From positions 352,001-416,000 of the forward strand of contig OY762964.1 of NCBI GenBank assembly GCA_963667035.1: a DNA stretch of 64,000 nt, written 5' to 3'. The notes beneath the pieces were generated by a model, which saw only the letters and a list, made by a program, of their open reading frames with translations, searched no databases and was not told the DNA's origin. Numbering within the stretch: position 1 is the stretch's first letter; every line of letters begins with the position of its first letter. This document shows positions 23,927 to 33,901 of the stretch, piece after piece. This stretch comes from Candidatus Cloacimonadales bacterium. GTDB taxonomy: Bacteria; Cloacimonadota; Cloacimonadia; Cloacimonadales; JAFGVF01. Position numbers and translations under genes: made by a program.

Positions 23927-24682
23927 CTATTTCTTTTCTTCTCTTTCTGCTATTGTAACGGATATGAATGAAGCAACGTCAGTTGAATATGAACCTGTAC
24001 CGAATCCGGCATCATAACCGAGTTCAATTGCGATTTCATGATTAAGACGAGGTCCCCCACAGATAAAGAGCATCTTATCTCTGAGTCCTTCAGCTTCCGC
24101 CATTTCAATAAGCTTAGTTAGGTTCTGAATATGAATATTCTTCTGAGTCACAATCTGAGAAACAAGAATAGCATCTGCATTGACTTCACGTGCTTTCTTG
24201 AGAAGTTCTTCGCATGGAACTTGAGCTCCCATATTAATAGCTTCTATATGCTTGTATCTTTCAAGACCATAACGATGATTGTAGCCTTTCATGTTCATGA
24301 TTGCATCAATACCCACAGTATGTGCATCGCTTTCAATGCATGCACCGACAACTGTCAGGTCTCTTCCGATATGTTGCTCTATGTAGTCATCATTCTCATA
24401 CATATCCATTACGGGTGTTTCCACTACTTTAACTTTGATAGCAGTCAGGTCGATTTCCGCATTGGAAGTTGCATAAGCGTTAAAATGAGTAAAACCTTCA
24501 GTCAGGTCATTCATGTGACAGACATCAATATCATCCATTCCCATTTTACGGAGGATTTGTCTGGCAGCTTCTTTACCCTGTTCGTTACATGGAACAGGTA
24601 AAGTAAAAGAGATCTGAACACGACCGTCGTTTAAAGTGTCACCATAAGGTCTTATTCTGGTTGGATCTGTTTTTACCGGCAT
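23927..24682 (-). CDS. kamE: Lysine 5,6-aminomutase beta subunit (B12-binding)
   Basis: 'PYGDTLNDGRVQISFTLP', B12 motif 'DAHTVG', PLP-Lys 'MNMKG', 'GGPR'. Confidence 0.95.
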   Translation of the reverse strand: MPVKTDPTRIRPYGDTLNDGRVQISFTLPVPCNEQGKEAARQILRKMGMDDIDVCHMNDLTEGFTHFNAYATSNAEIDLTAIKVKVVETPVMDMYENDDYIEQHIGRDLTVVGACIESDAHTVGIDAIMNMKGYNHRYGLERYKHIEAINMGAQVPCEELLKKAREVNADAILVSQIVTQKNIHIQNLTKLIEMAEAEGLRDKMLFICGGPRLNHEIAIELGYDAGFGTGSYSTDVASFISVTIAEREEKK

Positions 24683-24692
24683 TATTTCCTCC

Positions 24693-26255
24693 TTATCCGT
24701 TTAATCCGAGTTCCTGTTTCATCTGTTCCAGGAATGGGTTGAGATAGTTTTCAGAGCGTTTGAATACTCCTTCGGCACCTTTGCCTTTATCTTCAGGACG
24801 CTTAATGTCAGCAAAATCTCCACGAGCCATTGCTTCAAAGAGACCGGTATCTACAACTTTCTGTAAGAAAGCAATAGCCTCGTCAAGTACCGATTCAGCA
24901 CGCTTGTTGATGAAGCCGTCAGGATCTATTGAAAGCTCTTTACCAAGGTCTTTTACAGCAGTAAAAATATAGTTGGCATTCTCAATCGCGAGTGCTCTAT
25001 CAGCGATATGCGGAGTATGAATAGCCTCAGTCATCATACCAAGAAGCTGAACACCTTGTCCGGTCAACTGACCGATAAAGTTGAACATAGCGTCCATAAG
25101 GTGAGTTTTGAAGATGTTGCCTGAAGCAAATTTAGTAGGTGGCATATATTTAACGGGAGCAGTAGGGAAGAGGGTTTTAGTAAGCATAGCATGTGCCAGC
25201 TCATATGAGAAACTGTTCTCTACTTCGGGGTTGATCTCATAAGCATGACCAAGTCCCATTTTCTCCTCTTTAATTCCTGAGAAAGCAGCAAACTGTTCGT
25301 TGATAAGCTGAGAAGCTGTAACAGTGTAAGCTTTTTCAATCGCATCAGATGTAGTGAGATAGTTGTCTTCACCTGTCTGAATCTCTATTCCTGCATAAGC
25401 GTTTATCATGCGTGAGAAGTACTGATCAAGAATAGTTCTTCTTGGGTTGATATCACGGAAAAGGATACCGTACATCGCATCGTTGAGCATAACATCAAGA
25501 CGTTCAATCGCACCCATAACAGCAATCTCCGGCATACAAAGTCCGGATGCATAATTTGTGAGTCCGATATATCTTTCAAGCTCATCACCAACTTCATCAA
25601 GAGCTTTACGCATAATACGGAAGTTTTCTTGTGTTGCGAATGTACCACCGAAACCTTCAGTTGTAGGTCCGTAAGGTACATAGTCGAGTAATGATTGGGC
25701 AGTAGAACGGATAACGGCAATAATATCGGCACCTTCACGGGCCGCTGCTACAGCCTGATTCACATCTTCATAGATGTTTCCGGTTGCCACGATAACATAG
25801 AGACCCGGTTTTCTGCGTGGTCCGAATGTTTTGAACTTGTTCTCACGGAACTCTTTCTGACTTCTGATATGAGCCAACATCTTCTCTGTTTGCTCCTGAA
25901 TCACAGCGAGAACTTTCTCGTCATCATCCTGCTTTACTGTAGAGAGGTCTATTTCACCTGTAGCAACTTTATCAGCAACTTCTTGAGCAGAAATATTTAA
26001 TCCTGACATTGCGTTAGCAATCCAGTATGCAGCTCCGCGTTCTATTATTTTTTTCTCTTGTAAATGTTCAACAATCACATTTGGTAAAGGAGTCCCATCA
26101 TCAGTTGCTCCGTCAATACCCATTAATCTAACAACGGTACGCTCAATCGTTTCTGAGCTGTAACCATCGAAAAGCCAATCAAATGAATATACAATCTGTC
26201 TCGCCAAGTCTTTCGCCTTACGAATCTTTTCCTCTTTGATGGAAAGCTGTAACAC
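24693..26255 (-). CDS. kamD: Lysine 5,6-aminomutase alpha subunit
   Basis: 'YVIVATGNIYED', 'AVIRSTAQSLLDYVPYG.TTEGFGGT', 'NYASGLCMPEIA'. Confidence 0.95.
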   Translation of the reverse strand: MLQLSIKEEKIRKAKDLARQIVYSFDWLFDGYSSETIERTVVRLMGIDGATDDGTPLPNVIVEHLQEKKIIERGAAYWIANAMSGLNISAQEVADKVATGEIDLSTVKQDDDEKVLAVIQEQTEKMLAHIRSQKEFRENKFKTFGPRRKPGLYVIVATGNIYEDVNQAVAAAREGADIIAVIRSTAQSLLDYVPYGPTTEGFGGTFATQENFRIMRKALDEVGDELERYIGLTNYASGLCMPEIAVMGAIERLDVMLNDAMYGILFRDINPRRTILDQYFSRMINAYAGIEIQTGEDNYLTTSDAIEKAYTVTASQLINEQFAAFSGIKEEKMGLGHAYEINPEVENSFSYELAHAMLTKTLFPTAPVKYMPPTKFASGNIFKTHLMDAMFNFIGQLTGQGVQLLGMMTEAIHTPHIADRALAIENANYIFTAVKDLGKELSIDPDGFINKRAESVLDEAIAFLQKVVDTGLFEAMARGDFADIKRPEDKGKGAEGVFKRSENYLNPFLEQMKQELGLNG

Positions 26256-27228
26256 ATCTCCTCCCTTTCGTCGGTATTTCTTTGCCTGACAAAACTTTTA
26301 AGCCGTTTTTTCGTCAAGGGAAATTGGGGAGTATCCACTACCAGATAAATCTTGTGGTTCCGTGGAATTCAATCTTCAATATAACAGGTTCGGATTTGAC
26401 TTCTAAGATGTGTGCTTAGAATGGTCATATTCGACCCCATTCGGGGTCGTTTGTGTTTGGGGATTACTTACCATGCATTACATGCATGGCTACTCACATT
26501 TAATCCCGTTGGGATTAACATCGTATATGTTAGTTCACATTGATACCCATTGGGATTAGCATTATATATGATAATTTACATTGATAACCTTTAGGATTAT
26601 GCCTGCCTTTGGATGATTATTGCATCATTGCTTTCCAGCATTGTGTGCATTGTTTCCCAATCTAGTAACATTGGGAATACACTTTTATAATGTTTTTCAT
26701 AATTATCAGGTTATGTTTACTTACAAACTAACCAAGGTTAGAAATTGAATTTGCTAACCATGAAATGGTTACATATGAATAGCCCCGAATGCAATTCGGG
26801 GTAAAGAATTACCAGCGATCGACAACTCCAACGGAGTTGAATTTATTTGGTCATGGTACTCATTGCTAAAATATTTGACCCCATTCGAGGTCGTTGTCTG
26901 TTTTTGGGTTCAGTTACCATGCATTTCATACATGGCTACACACATTTAATCACTCCATGATTATTCCTACCTGTTTATGATTGTGTTTTGGGGGATTGAG
27001 AACTATGCATTGGATACAATGTTATTTACATTTATTCTCGTTGGGATAATGGCTGCCTTTGTATGTTTTTTATAATTATCTGACTATGTTTACATGCATA
27101 CAAACGAAGATTGGAAATGGAATTTGTTAACCCTGGAAGGGTTACATATGAGTAGCCCCGAATGCAATTCGGGGTAATGTATTCCTCCAAATAATACAAC
27201 CCCGAATGGGGTTGAATATGCTAATCAT

Positions 27229-27257
27229 TTGACACATATACTCATGCATATTATATT
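27229..27257 (+). promoter_or_regulatory. Sigma70-like promoter of tnpA
   Basis: TTGACA-17 nt-TATATT upstream of GGAGG RBS and ATG 27292. Confidence 0.7.
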
Positions 27258-27291
27258 TGTAGTGCTCTCTGTAGGAGAAATTGGAGGTTAT

Positions 27292-27738
27292 ATGTCTACA
27301 TACTCGCAACTACTATATCATATTGTTTTTAGTACAAAAGGACGAATGAGAACTCTAAATCTGAAGAAAAGAGATGAGATTTTGAGTTACATGTGTGGAT
27401 TTCTTAGAAACAATAATACTCATGTGTTCAGAATAAATATGACAGATGACCATGTACACATATTTTGTTCTATTCATCAATCGGAGTGCATATCCAGTTT
27501 GATTAAAGGATTAAAGATAGCAACAGGTAAATGGATGAAGAGTCAAAACATATCTCCCGATTTTCACGGATGGCAAATTGGATATGGGATATTTACAGTA
27601 AATTGGAACGATAGACAAAAGTTAATCGAATATATAAAGAATCAGCAAGAACACCATAAACATACGGACTCATTAGCAGAATTTAAGAAGTTATTGGATG
27701 AATTTGGTATTGATTATAAAGATGCATATCTTGAGTGA
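27292..27738 (+). CDS. tnpA: IS200/IS605-family Y1 (HUH) transposase, REP-associated (RAYT-like)
   Basis: 'YHIVFSTK', HUH 'DHVH', 'WQIGYG', catalytic 'YIKNQ'; no tnpB; flanked by REP units. Confidence 0.92.
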   Translation: MSTYSQLLYHIVFSTKGRMRTLNLKKRDEILSYMCGFLRNNNTHVFRINMTDDHVHIFCSIHQSECISSLIKGLKIATGKWMKSQNISPDFHGWQIGYGIFTVNWNDRQKLIEYIKNQQEHHKHTDSLAEFKKLLDEFGIDYKDAYLE

Positions 27739-28252
27739 ACATATTCGACCCCATCCGGGGTCGGTTGGTGTTTTCGTGGATTGTTTACCATGCATTTCAT
27801 ACATGGCTACTCATATTTAATCACTCCGTGATTATTCCTGACTATTTATGATTGTGTTTTGGGATTGCTAACCATGAAATGGTTACATGTGAGTAGCCCC
27901 GAATGCAATTCGGGGTCACTAATTTCACATGAAATTAACAACTCCAACGGGGTTAAATATTGCCAAATGATTTCTCCGGAATGAAACAATTTTTTCTTAA
28001 CATATATGCAAAAACTAAGACTCAATTCCTCAAAATAATATAGCAACGGAATCTAGTTTCACATCATATCATATTCGATTTATAGATATGCTATTCTGGC
28101 TACTTGTTATAGGCAAGTATATGAATGATTAGCGTAGAACAATTATCTTGACGTAATATTTATAGTGATTAATAAATCCTTAACAATAAAATTGTTAAAA
28201 AATAGGAATATCACTTTTAGTAGGGATGCTATTGTGGTAAAGAGAGGAAAAA

Positions 28253-28837
28253 ATGGGGAAGAAGGGGAAAACAACTCTACTGATTATTGCATTAATCATG
28301 CTATCAACTTGTCTTTTTGCTAAAGAACCAATCAAAGAAGAACTACCTAAGAAAGAGTTTAGCTTGGGGGTTAATGTTGGAGCGGTTTCAGGCATAGGAC
28401 TGTCAGCACGAATATTTAATGAGAAAAACGGTTTACAGTTCACAATAGGTGGTTGGGGTAGTGAGAAATCTAAAGAAGATGGGTATTACAAAGTAAAAAA
28501 AGAGTTTTATGATTTTGGTTTGCAAGTCATGCATGAACTTCGCAAATATGAGGACGGGCGTTTCTACATGTTTGGAGGAGGAATGTGTTTAGCTGCTGAA
28601 TCAAAACGGATATATAAGGATTATAAAAAGGATGAAGATCCATTTTCCCTAGAAGATGATGATGATAAACTTGCAGTTGTGACTTTTGGAGGAGGAGTAG
28701 GATTTGAACACAAATTTTCAGGTCCAGTATATATGATTGCAGAAGTACCTGTAACCTTTTTCGCTTCATTCAATAACAATACTGTAATAGGAGTCGTGCC
28801 TATTAGTATTCAATTGGGTTTGATGTACAAGTTTTAA
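28253..28837 (+). CDS. Secreted outer-membrane beta-barrel-like protein
   Basis: Signal peptide, alternating beta-strand pattern, C-terminal 'LGLMYKF'. Confidence 0.7.
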   Translation: MGKKGKTTLLIIALIMLSTCLFAKEPIKEELPKKEFSLGVNVGAVSGIGLSARIFNEKNGLQFTIGGWGSEKSKEDGYYKVKKEFYDFGLQVMHELRKYEDGRFYMFGGGMCLAAESKRIYKDYKKDEDPFSLEDDDDKLAVVTFGGGVGFEHKFSGPVYMIAEVPVTFFASFNNNTVIGVVPISIQLGLMYKF

Positions 28838-28849
28838 TATATAAAGGAG

Positions 28850-29425
28850 ATGATCTTGAAAAAATTGATACTACTTGTTTTAATGATTTGCATGGCAATT
28901 ACAATGTTTGCAGAAACAGTTGTTGAAGAAATTAAGGAAGTTAAAGAAGTGAGAGTTAAACCTGAGACGGATTTCTATCTGGGTATGAATTTTGGATTTG
29001 TTTCCGGATTCGGTTTCTCAGCAAGAGTGTTTGGACCTAAGTTAGGGATGCAAATGACATATGCTCGTCTTGAAATATCCGAAGATCAGGACTCTGATGA
29101 AATGACGAGTAAGGGTACTAATTTTGGTATAGAAGTATTATACTCAATCCATAGCTCTAAGAATTATCGCTTCTATGCACTCCTTGGAGGAGCAAATTAT
29201 TCACTTAAAGGTGATTATCATTTCGATATAGCTGATGTTGGTGATGATGACTTTGACCATGAAACCAGATACAAAATACAGACTTACGGTCTTGGACCCG
29301 GATTCGAAATCAAAGCTTTAGGACCGATTATGCTCATTGCTGAGATGCCTGTAAGTTATGCAGAGGAAGATGGAGATTCTAGAATCTTCTTAGGATTGAA
29401 TCTAGGAATTATGGCTAAATTCTAA
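28850..29425 (+). CDS. Outer-membrane beta-barrel-like protein, tandem paralog
   Basis: Shares 'G.VSG.G.SAR.F', 'G.GFE.K..GP...IAE.PV' and terminal 'LG.M.KF' with upstream ORF. Confidence 0.7.
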   Translation: MILKKLILLVLMICMAITMFAETVVEEIKEVKEVRVKPETDFYLGMNFGFVSGFGFSARVFGPKLGMQMTYARLEISEDQDSDEMTSKGTNFGIEVLYSIHSSKNYRFYALLGGANYSLKGDYHFDIADVGDDDFDHETRYKIQTYGLGPGFEIKALGPIMLIAEMPVSYAEEDGDSRIFLGLNLGIMAKF

Positions 29426-29445
29426 TCTAAGTCTATTTTAACTAT

Positions 29446-29470
29446 AGCCCCGGTAATTACCGGGGCTTTT
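29446..29470. terminator. Bidirectional terminator
   Basis: AGCCCCGGTAATTACCGGGGCT perfect palindrome plus T-run between convergent genes. Confidence 0.8.
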
Positions 29471-29477
29471 GTGTAGT

Positions 29478-31241
29478 TTACTTTATAAAAACAAACTTCT
29501 TTTGAGTCCGAACATTGCCAGTTTCTAACATTATGAAATATACACCGGAGCTGTAATCATCTACGTTGAACATTTTATCAAGACTAAGAACTTGCTTCCC
29601 GGAACTAATCATTACATTGCTATTTCTTCTCAATAGACGACCTTTTATGTCGTAAAGAGATATGGTTGAATATCCCGATGACTTTGTATCAATTTCTACT
29701 AATACATTATTGTAAGCGGGATTTGGATATACCGATAACAGTAAAGGTTGGGTAGATGTAACATTTTCATCAATAGCAGTAAGTCCTGTGACTACAACAT
29801 TATCAACAGCAAGCAACAAGGCATCAAAAGAACAACATTCAATGCCAATTCTAAAGCTCTGATTACTCCATGGTTCGATTGGAAATTCATAAAGTGTCCA
29901 GTTATCGGTTACTTCAATATAATCGGTTTCATGTAAGGATATTGGATTCTCAATATCAGCATCCGGATAGATATACACTTTGATTCTTTCTAATCCATAT
30001 TGAGAGGTCATGGATCTTGTCATAAAACTCAGAGAACCTGATGTAATAGGACTTATCACAGGAGAGATGATAATGTCTTCATTCGGAGGGATTACTGAAG
30101 CAAGAGAAACTAGGCATTTCTCTCCCGTAAAAGCATTGAAAGGGAAACCGATAAGCTGTGAAGGTTCCCATACGACAAAACCATGAGCATTACCTTCTCC
30201 ATCAAAGTCCCATTCTCCAAGACCATAAGTGAGACTACTATCATTGTCTAAGCAAGTCCATGGCTGTCCTAAATCCTGAAACGAGGTATAGTCTTCAAAA
30301 TCATCTTGAAACACCATATTTTGTCCCGAGCTGGTAGTAAAACTCCAAGTGGGACCAACTCTTATCTCATCTGAGAATGTACCTTCAACTCGCCAAAAGT
30401 AATGAGTTCCGGTCTCTAAATCGAAAGGAATATCCAGAGTTTGTTGAGCTGTGTTGTTGCTTAAAAGGGTGAGATTTGATTCATTAGTACCCAGATAAAC
30501 ATTGTAGGACTCAGCATTCCAATACCAATTCAAATTAGTATTGATAGGAACATCAACCGAACCGTTATATGGAAAGGGTTGTTCCGGAGTTAGCATCTCA
30601 CGATTAACCAGCAACTTTATGTTGGGTAGATTTGTCTCTCTTAATGCTGAATAATTATTAAGAGCATCAGTGCTTACCGGAGAAGTCATGCTCCCCGTGA
30701 ATAATCCCATAGTATCTGTATAGCTGTGAGCTAGAAAGCGTTCATAAGAGGACATCATGCCATCACGGGATTCCTTTATGCTGATGAGTAAATTTTCTCC
30801 GTTTTGGTATATATAGGGAGTATCAAAACTGATAGACAGCCAACCGGACGTGGTATCAATGAACTGATAGTTATCCGTACTCCAAGTTCCGCTAAAGCAT
30901 TCTTGCAAATCACTATCCTGTTGCCAATCGATGTTGTTGAAACTTGAATGTTGAGTTGTTCCAAGCTTCACAATCAGATCATTTTGATGTTGGAAGAATT
31001 GATTGTAAGCATCTTGGATCGGGCTGTCTGAGTCAAAGTTCAGATTAAAAGCAATCCCGATTATCTCATAATCCTCAGATAAGAGATAATCGGGATAAAT
31101 CATTTGTGAGTAGCTGTAGTTTATTCTGTTAAATATAGGTAGATGAGAGTTAGTAATGTTACCTTCTCCGATTTGTATCTGCTCGGTTGAGTGAAGCAAG
31201 CAGATACAATATAAGAGTAGGGTAAACAATATCTTTCTCAT
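29478..31241 (-). CDS. Secreted protein with FN3-like and cleaved-adhesin (choice-of-anchor J)-like domains and T9SS-type C-terminal sorting domain
   Basis: Signal peptide; 'YNVYLGT..YFWRV..GPTWSFTT'; 'DDFEDY..WTCLDND'; 'YPNP..YDIKGR..SGVYF'. Confidence 0.8.
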   Translation of the reverse strand: MRKILFTLLLYCICLLHSTEQIQIGEGNITNSHLPIFNRINYSYSQMIYPDYLLSEDYEIIGIAFNLNFDSDSPIQDAYNQFFQHQNDLIVKLGTTQHSSFNNIDWQQDSDLQECFSGTWSTDNYQFIDTTSGWLSISFDTPYIYQNGENLLISIKESRDGMMSSYERFLAHSYTDTMGLFTGSMTSPVSTDALNNYSALRETNLPNIKLLVNREMLTPEQPFPYNGSVDVPINTNLNWYWNAESYNVYLGTNESNLTLLSNNTAQQTLDIPFDLETGTHYFWRVEGTFSDEIRVGPTWSFTTSSGQNMVFQDDFEDYTSFQDLGQPWTCLDNDSSLTYGLGEWDFDGEGNAHGFVVWEPSQLIGFPFNAFTGEKCLVSLASVIPPNEDIIISPVISPITSGSLSFMTRSMTSQYGLERIKVYIYPDADIENPISLHETDYIEVTDNWTLYEFPIEPWSNQSFRIGIECCSFDALLLAVDNVVVTGLTAIDENVTSTQPLLLSVYPNPAYNNVLVEIDTKSSGYSTISLYDIKGRLLRRNSNVMISSGKQVLSLDKMFNVDDYSSGVYFIMLETGNVRTQKKFVFIK

Positions 31242-31242
31242 T

Positions 31243-32253
31243 TTACTTCACTACTACAACCTTCTTAGCTAAAGTCTTATTCTCTTTTGATTTAAGAAAA
31301 TAGAAACCATTAGCAAGATTACGAGTATTTACTTCTCTGCTCCCGTCTATATCCATAACTTTTCTTCCCTTGATATCATACAATGCAATATCCGATATTT
31401 CATTATCCGCTTTCAGTTTGAAGCTATCTCTACAAGGATTGGGATAAACAGACATTGTAGGAATAGGTTGTATGTGCTCTTCATTATCGGTAGGAAGATA
31501 TTGATAAACAGAACGATAGTATAATTCAAGATTGTCTGAAGCTGAAGTGCCGTAAGAACTCACAGTTTCAGCTAATACACCATTTTCATAAGTGTTAACT
31601 GAATGAAAGGAGTGATACTCTGTTCCTGAATTCAAATCTGTATTGAACATATCCGTTTGAGATATACCGAATTCATTATAAACATACTCGGTTCTGTTCA
31701 TTTGAACCCACCCTCCATAGTATTCAATATATGAATAAGAGATAGAACTTGTCAAATTGCCATTAGTATATGTATATATATCATATAGTTCCATGTCACC
31801 ATAATCAGAATAATTAGTTTGATTCATCCTATACAATTCACCATTTTGCCATAAATTATCCCAAACAGCTGAAACTTCCCATGCTCCATTCTCCCATACA
31901 TAATAGGTTTTTAAATCAAGACCGTCTTCGCAATATTCATATTCCATCTTAGCGGTTAACAGCCAAGAACCATTATTATTTTCATAGTACATGTCTTGTA
32001 TAATATCACCGTCTTCATTATAAGTATTTTCATACTTGTATTGCTGAGTTCCTGAATCAATAATCCCATTAAAGGAGATTGTGTAATCAACTAAATTGTC
32101 ATCATCTGTGTAAAAATAATCAGTATATCTATTCTGTTGCCAGCCATTGCTATATTCGTAGCTAACTATCTTGTTGATTCTTGGGTCTCCATCAGTTGCT
32201 ATCAATATCATAAATGATGAAAGTATTAAAAGTAATAATATAGTTTTTTTCAT
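31243..32253 (-). CDS. Secreted Tyr-rich repeat protein with T9SS-type C-terminal sorting domain
   Basis: Signal peptide, repeated 'EY.Y..G' units, 'VYPNP..YDIKGR..GFYFL'. Confidence 0.8.
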   Translation of the reverse strand: MKKTILLLLILSSFMILIATDGDPRINKIVSYEYSNGWQQNRYTDYFYTDDDNLVDYTISFNGIIDSGTQQYKYENTYNEDGDIIQDMYYENNNGSWLLTAKMEYEYCEDGLDLKTYYVWENGAWEVSAVWDNLWQNGELYRMNQTNYSDYGDMELYDIYTYTNGNLTSSISYSYIEYYGGWVQMNRTEYVYNEFGISQTDMFNTDLNSGTEYHSFHSVNTYENGVLAETVSSYGTSASDNLELYYRSVYQYLPTDNEEHIQPIPTMSVYPNPCRDSFKLKADNEISDIALYDIKGRKVMDIDGSREVNTRNLANGFYFLKSKENKTLAKKVVVVK

Positions 32254-32418
32254 TAAGCCTCCTTAGCAAAGATGTTTAAAACTATATTTGATTTGTAAAG
32301 AAAAAAATATATATCAGTGAAATGTAGTTGAATTGTATCGGATATGAATAAACTTTTGGCTTGTCTCTACCTTTTTTGTTGACATCCAGGCATTAACTTT
32401 TTTTTCTGCATATCAGAT

Positions 32419-32494
<76 letters not shown>

Positions 32495-32505
32495 CCTTTT
32501 AGAAT

Positions 32506-32534
32506 AGGGCTAACAATGAGTTAGCCCTTTTTTT
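32506..32534 (+). terminator. tRNA terminator
   Basis: AGGGCTAAC/GTTAGCCCT plus long T-run. Confidence 0.85.
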
Positions 32535-32903
32535 GTGTTGAAAATACCCTATTTACAAGTGTTTATGACTCTTCTTACTTGTAAATTAGTTATACTATAC
32601 ACTAATAATTGCAGAAGATAAAGAAAATCTAATCTGTTTACAAATTGGATAAAGTCATTATAGATGCCTTGTTTTATAACCTATAGATTAGCAATTGTTA
32701 GGATATAGATATTCATAGCGAGTTTCGGAAATGCCACTTAAAAAGCAAGTATAGATGAAATGGGCATATGTGTCAGTAAACTTACTAATCTAAACATAAT
32801 CAGTCACAAAGCCTATAATAGTTTACTTAGTATAATCATTGTTTAGTACCTAATATCCTAATAGTGCTATAAATAGTTATTTTCAACTCCGACTAAAAGA
32901 AAA

Positions 32904-33232
32904 CCTCCTAGAGCGGAGGTCAATTTCAACTTTTTGGCATTGAAATGGTCTATGTCCCAACAGGGGCATTTGTCGTAACCCCTCCTTATGCGGAGGTCAA
33001 TTTCAACCTCAAATTCAATCCAAGAGAACTCGGAATGGCTAGTGTGTCGTAACCCCTCCTTATGCGGAGGTCAATTTCAACATGAAATGGTAGAAGAATA
33101 TATTGGATACTTTGAATAATGTCGTAACCCCTCCTTATGCGGAGGTCAATTTCAACACTAGGCATGGCTGTAGTGATGTCTTGTCTCATACAGAAAGTCG
33201 TAACCCCTCCTTATGCGGAGGTCAATTTCAAC
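32904..33232 (-). CRISPR. CRISPR array 1: 4 full 36-nt repeats, 1 truncated repeat, 4 spacers
   Basis: GTCGTAACCCCTCCTTATGCGGAGGTCAATTTCAAC at 32972, 33046, 33121, 33197; partial TAGA-variant at 32904-32930; leader on the right. Confidence 0.97.
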
Positions 33233-33515
33233 CGCTACCATTTTCAACCCTCTGATAATGCACGTTTAAAATCCCATTTCTGCGAGTCTCCAAAAAATGA
33301 CCTAAAAAAAACCATTTTTAGAGAGGTCTGCAGGATTTCGTGTAACTCATTGATTACCAACAAGATACAAAGAAAGACAATAAACATAGATAAATGCTTA
33401 TTATACAATAGCTTACACGAATAGTCGGAAATAGTTTGCTGTATTAAATATAAGCAAAAATCGATTCACCGAAAAATTAGGTAATCTGCGGTACAGGTTG
33501 CTATAACCTGCACTT
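33233..33515 (-). promoter_or_regulatory. CRISPR leader 1
   Basis: Abuts the first repeat; homologous to 46420-46702; IHF-consensus match AATCAATGAGTTA on minus at 33343-33355. Confidence 0.85.
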
Positions 33516-33634
33516 TGCATGATTCTTAAAAAACTACTCAGCTTACAAACACATCTATCACACTTTCAATTAGCAATATACGATATATACTTAAATCATA
33601 AAAACAGTCAATATAAATCAGTTTTTCAGAGTGA

Positions 33635-33901
33635 TTATTCAACAAAAAAGAAAAGTTCCGGTAATTCTTCGCCAATCACTTTCGAGTTTTTAGTACAATT
33701 CTTACACAATCTGAAGATATGAACTATGCCATCATCTTTTCTAATTGTTTCAATATCTCTCCTGATATGTTTAATCTTATTAGGTGTAGCTTCAACCAAA
33801 AACAAAGACTTCTGAATTCTTAACCCTTTCTTTTCTAAGTAGTGAGCAAGCTTAGTTCTTATCTTGTCACATGTAATATCGTAAGCGATAATATATGTCA
33901 T
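33635..33901 (-). CDS. cas2: CRISPR-associated endonuclease Cas2
   Basis: 'YIIAYDI', 'GLRIQKSLF', 'LCKNC', 88 aa. Confidence 0.96.
   Translation of the reverse strand: MTYIIAYDITCDKIRTKLAHYLEKKGLRIQKSLFLVEATPNKIKHIRRDIETIRKDDGIVHIFRLCKNCTKNSKVIGEELPELFFFVE

Larger units (their letters stand above)
26427..27960. repeat. Cluster of six ~90-nt three-hairpin REP-like units in alternating orientation flanking a Y1 transposase
   Basis: Forward units 26427-26517, 26871-26963, 27741-27834; reverse units 26755-26844, 27128-27219, 27869-27960; GTAG (ATAG in one copy) directly precedes the central palindrome. Confidence 0.9.

Noticed and set aside
23927..26255. Ornithine 4,5-aminomutase, suggested by the adjacent decarboxylase
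   Set aside because: Subunit sizes (520 and 251 aa) and motifs fit KamD/KamE, not OraS/OraE.
27229..27291. TTG-start N-terminal extension of TnpA
   Set aside because: The TTG is part of a TTGACA -35 box; GGAGG supports ATG 27292.
26427..27960. REP units as a CRISPR array or an IS605/TnpB omega-RNA system
   Set aside because: Units alternate in orientation with irregular spacing, and no tnpB or iscB ORF is present.
32873..32887. ATAGTTATTTTCAAC as an extra CRISPR repeat
   Set aside because: Only the TTTCAAC end matches and it is 16 nt from the truncated repeat; possibly a vestige but not counted.
32986..33424. ORFs 32986-33189 (-) and 33137-33424 (+)
   Set aside because: Translations of CRISPR repeats, spacers and leader.
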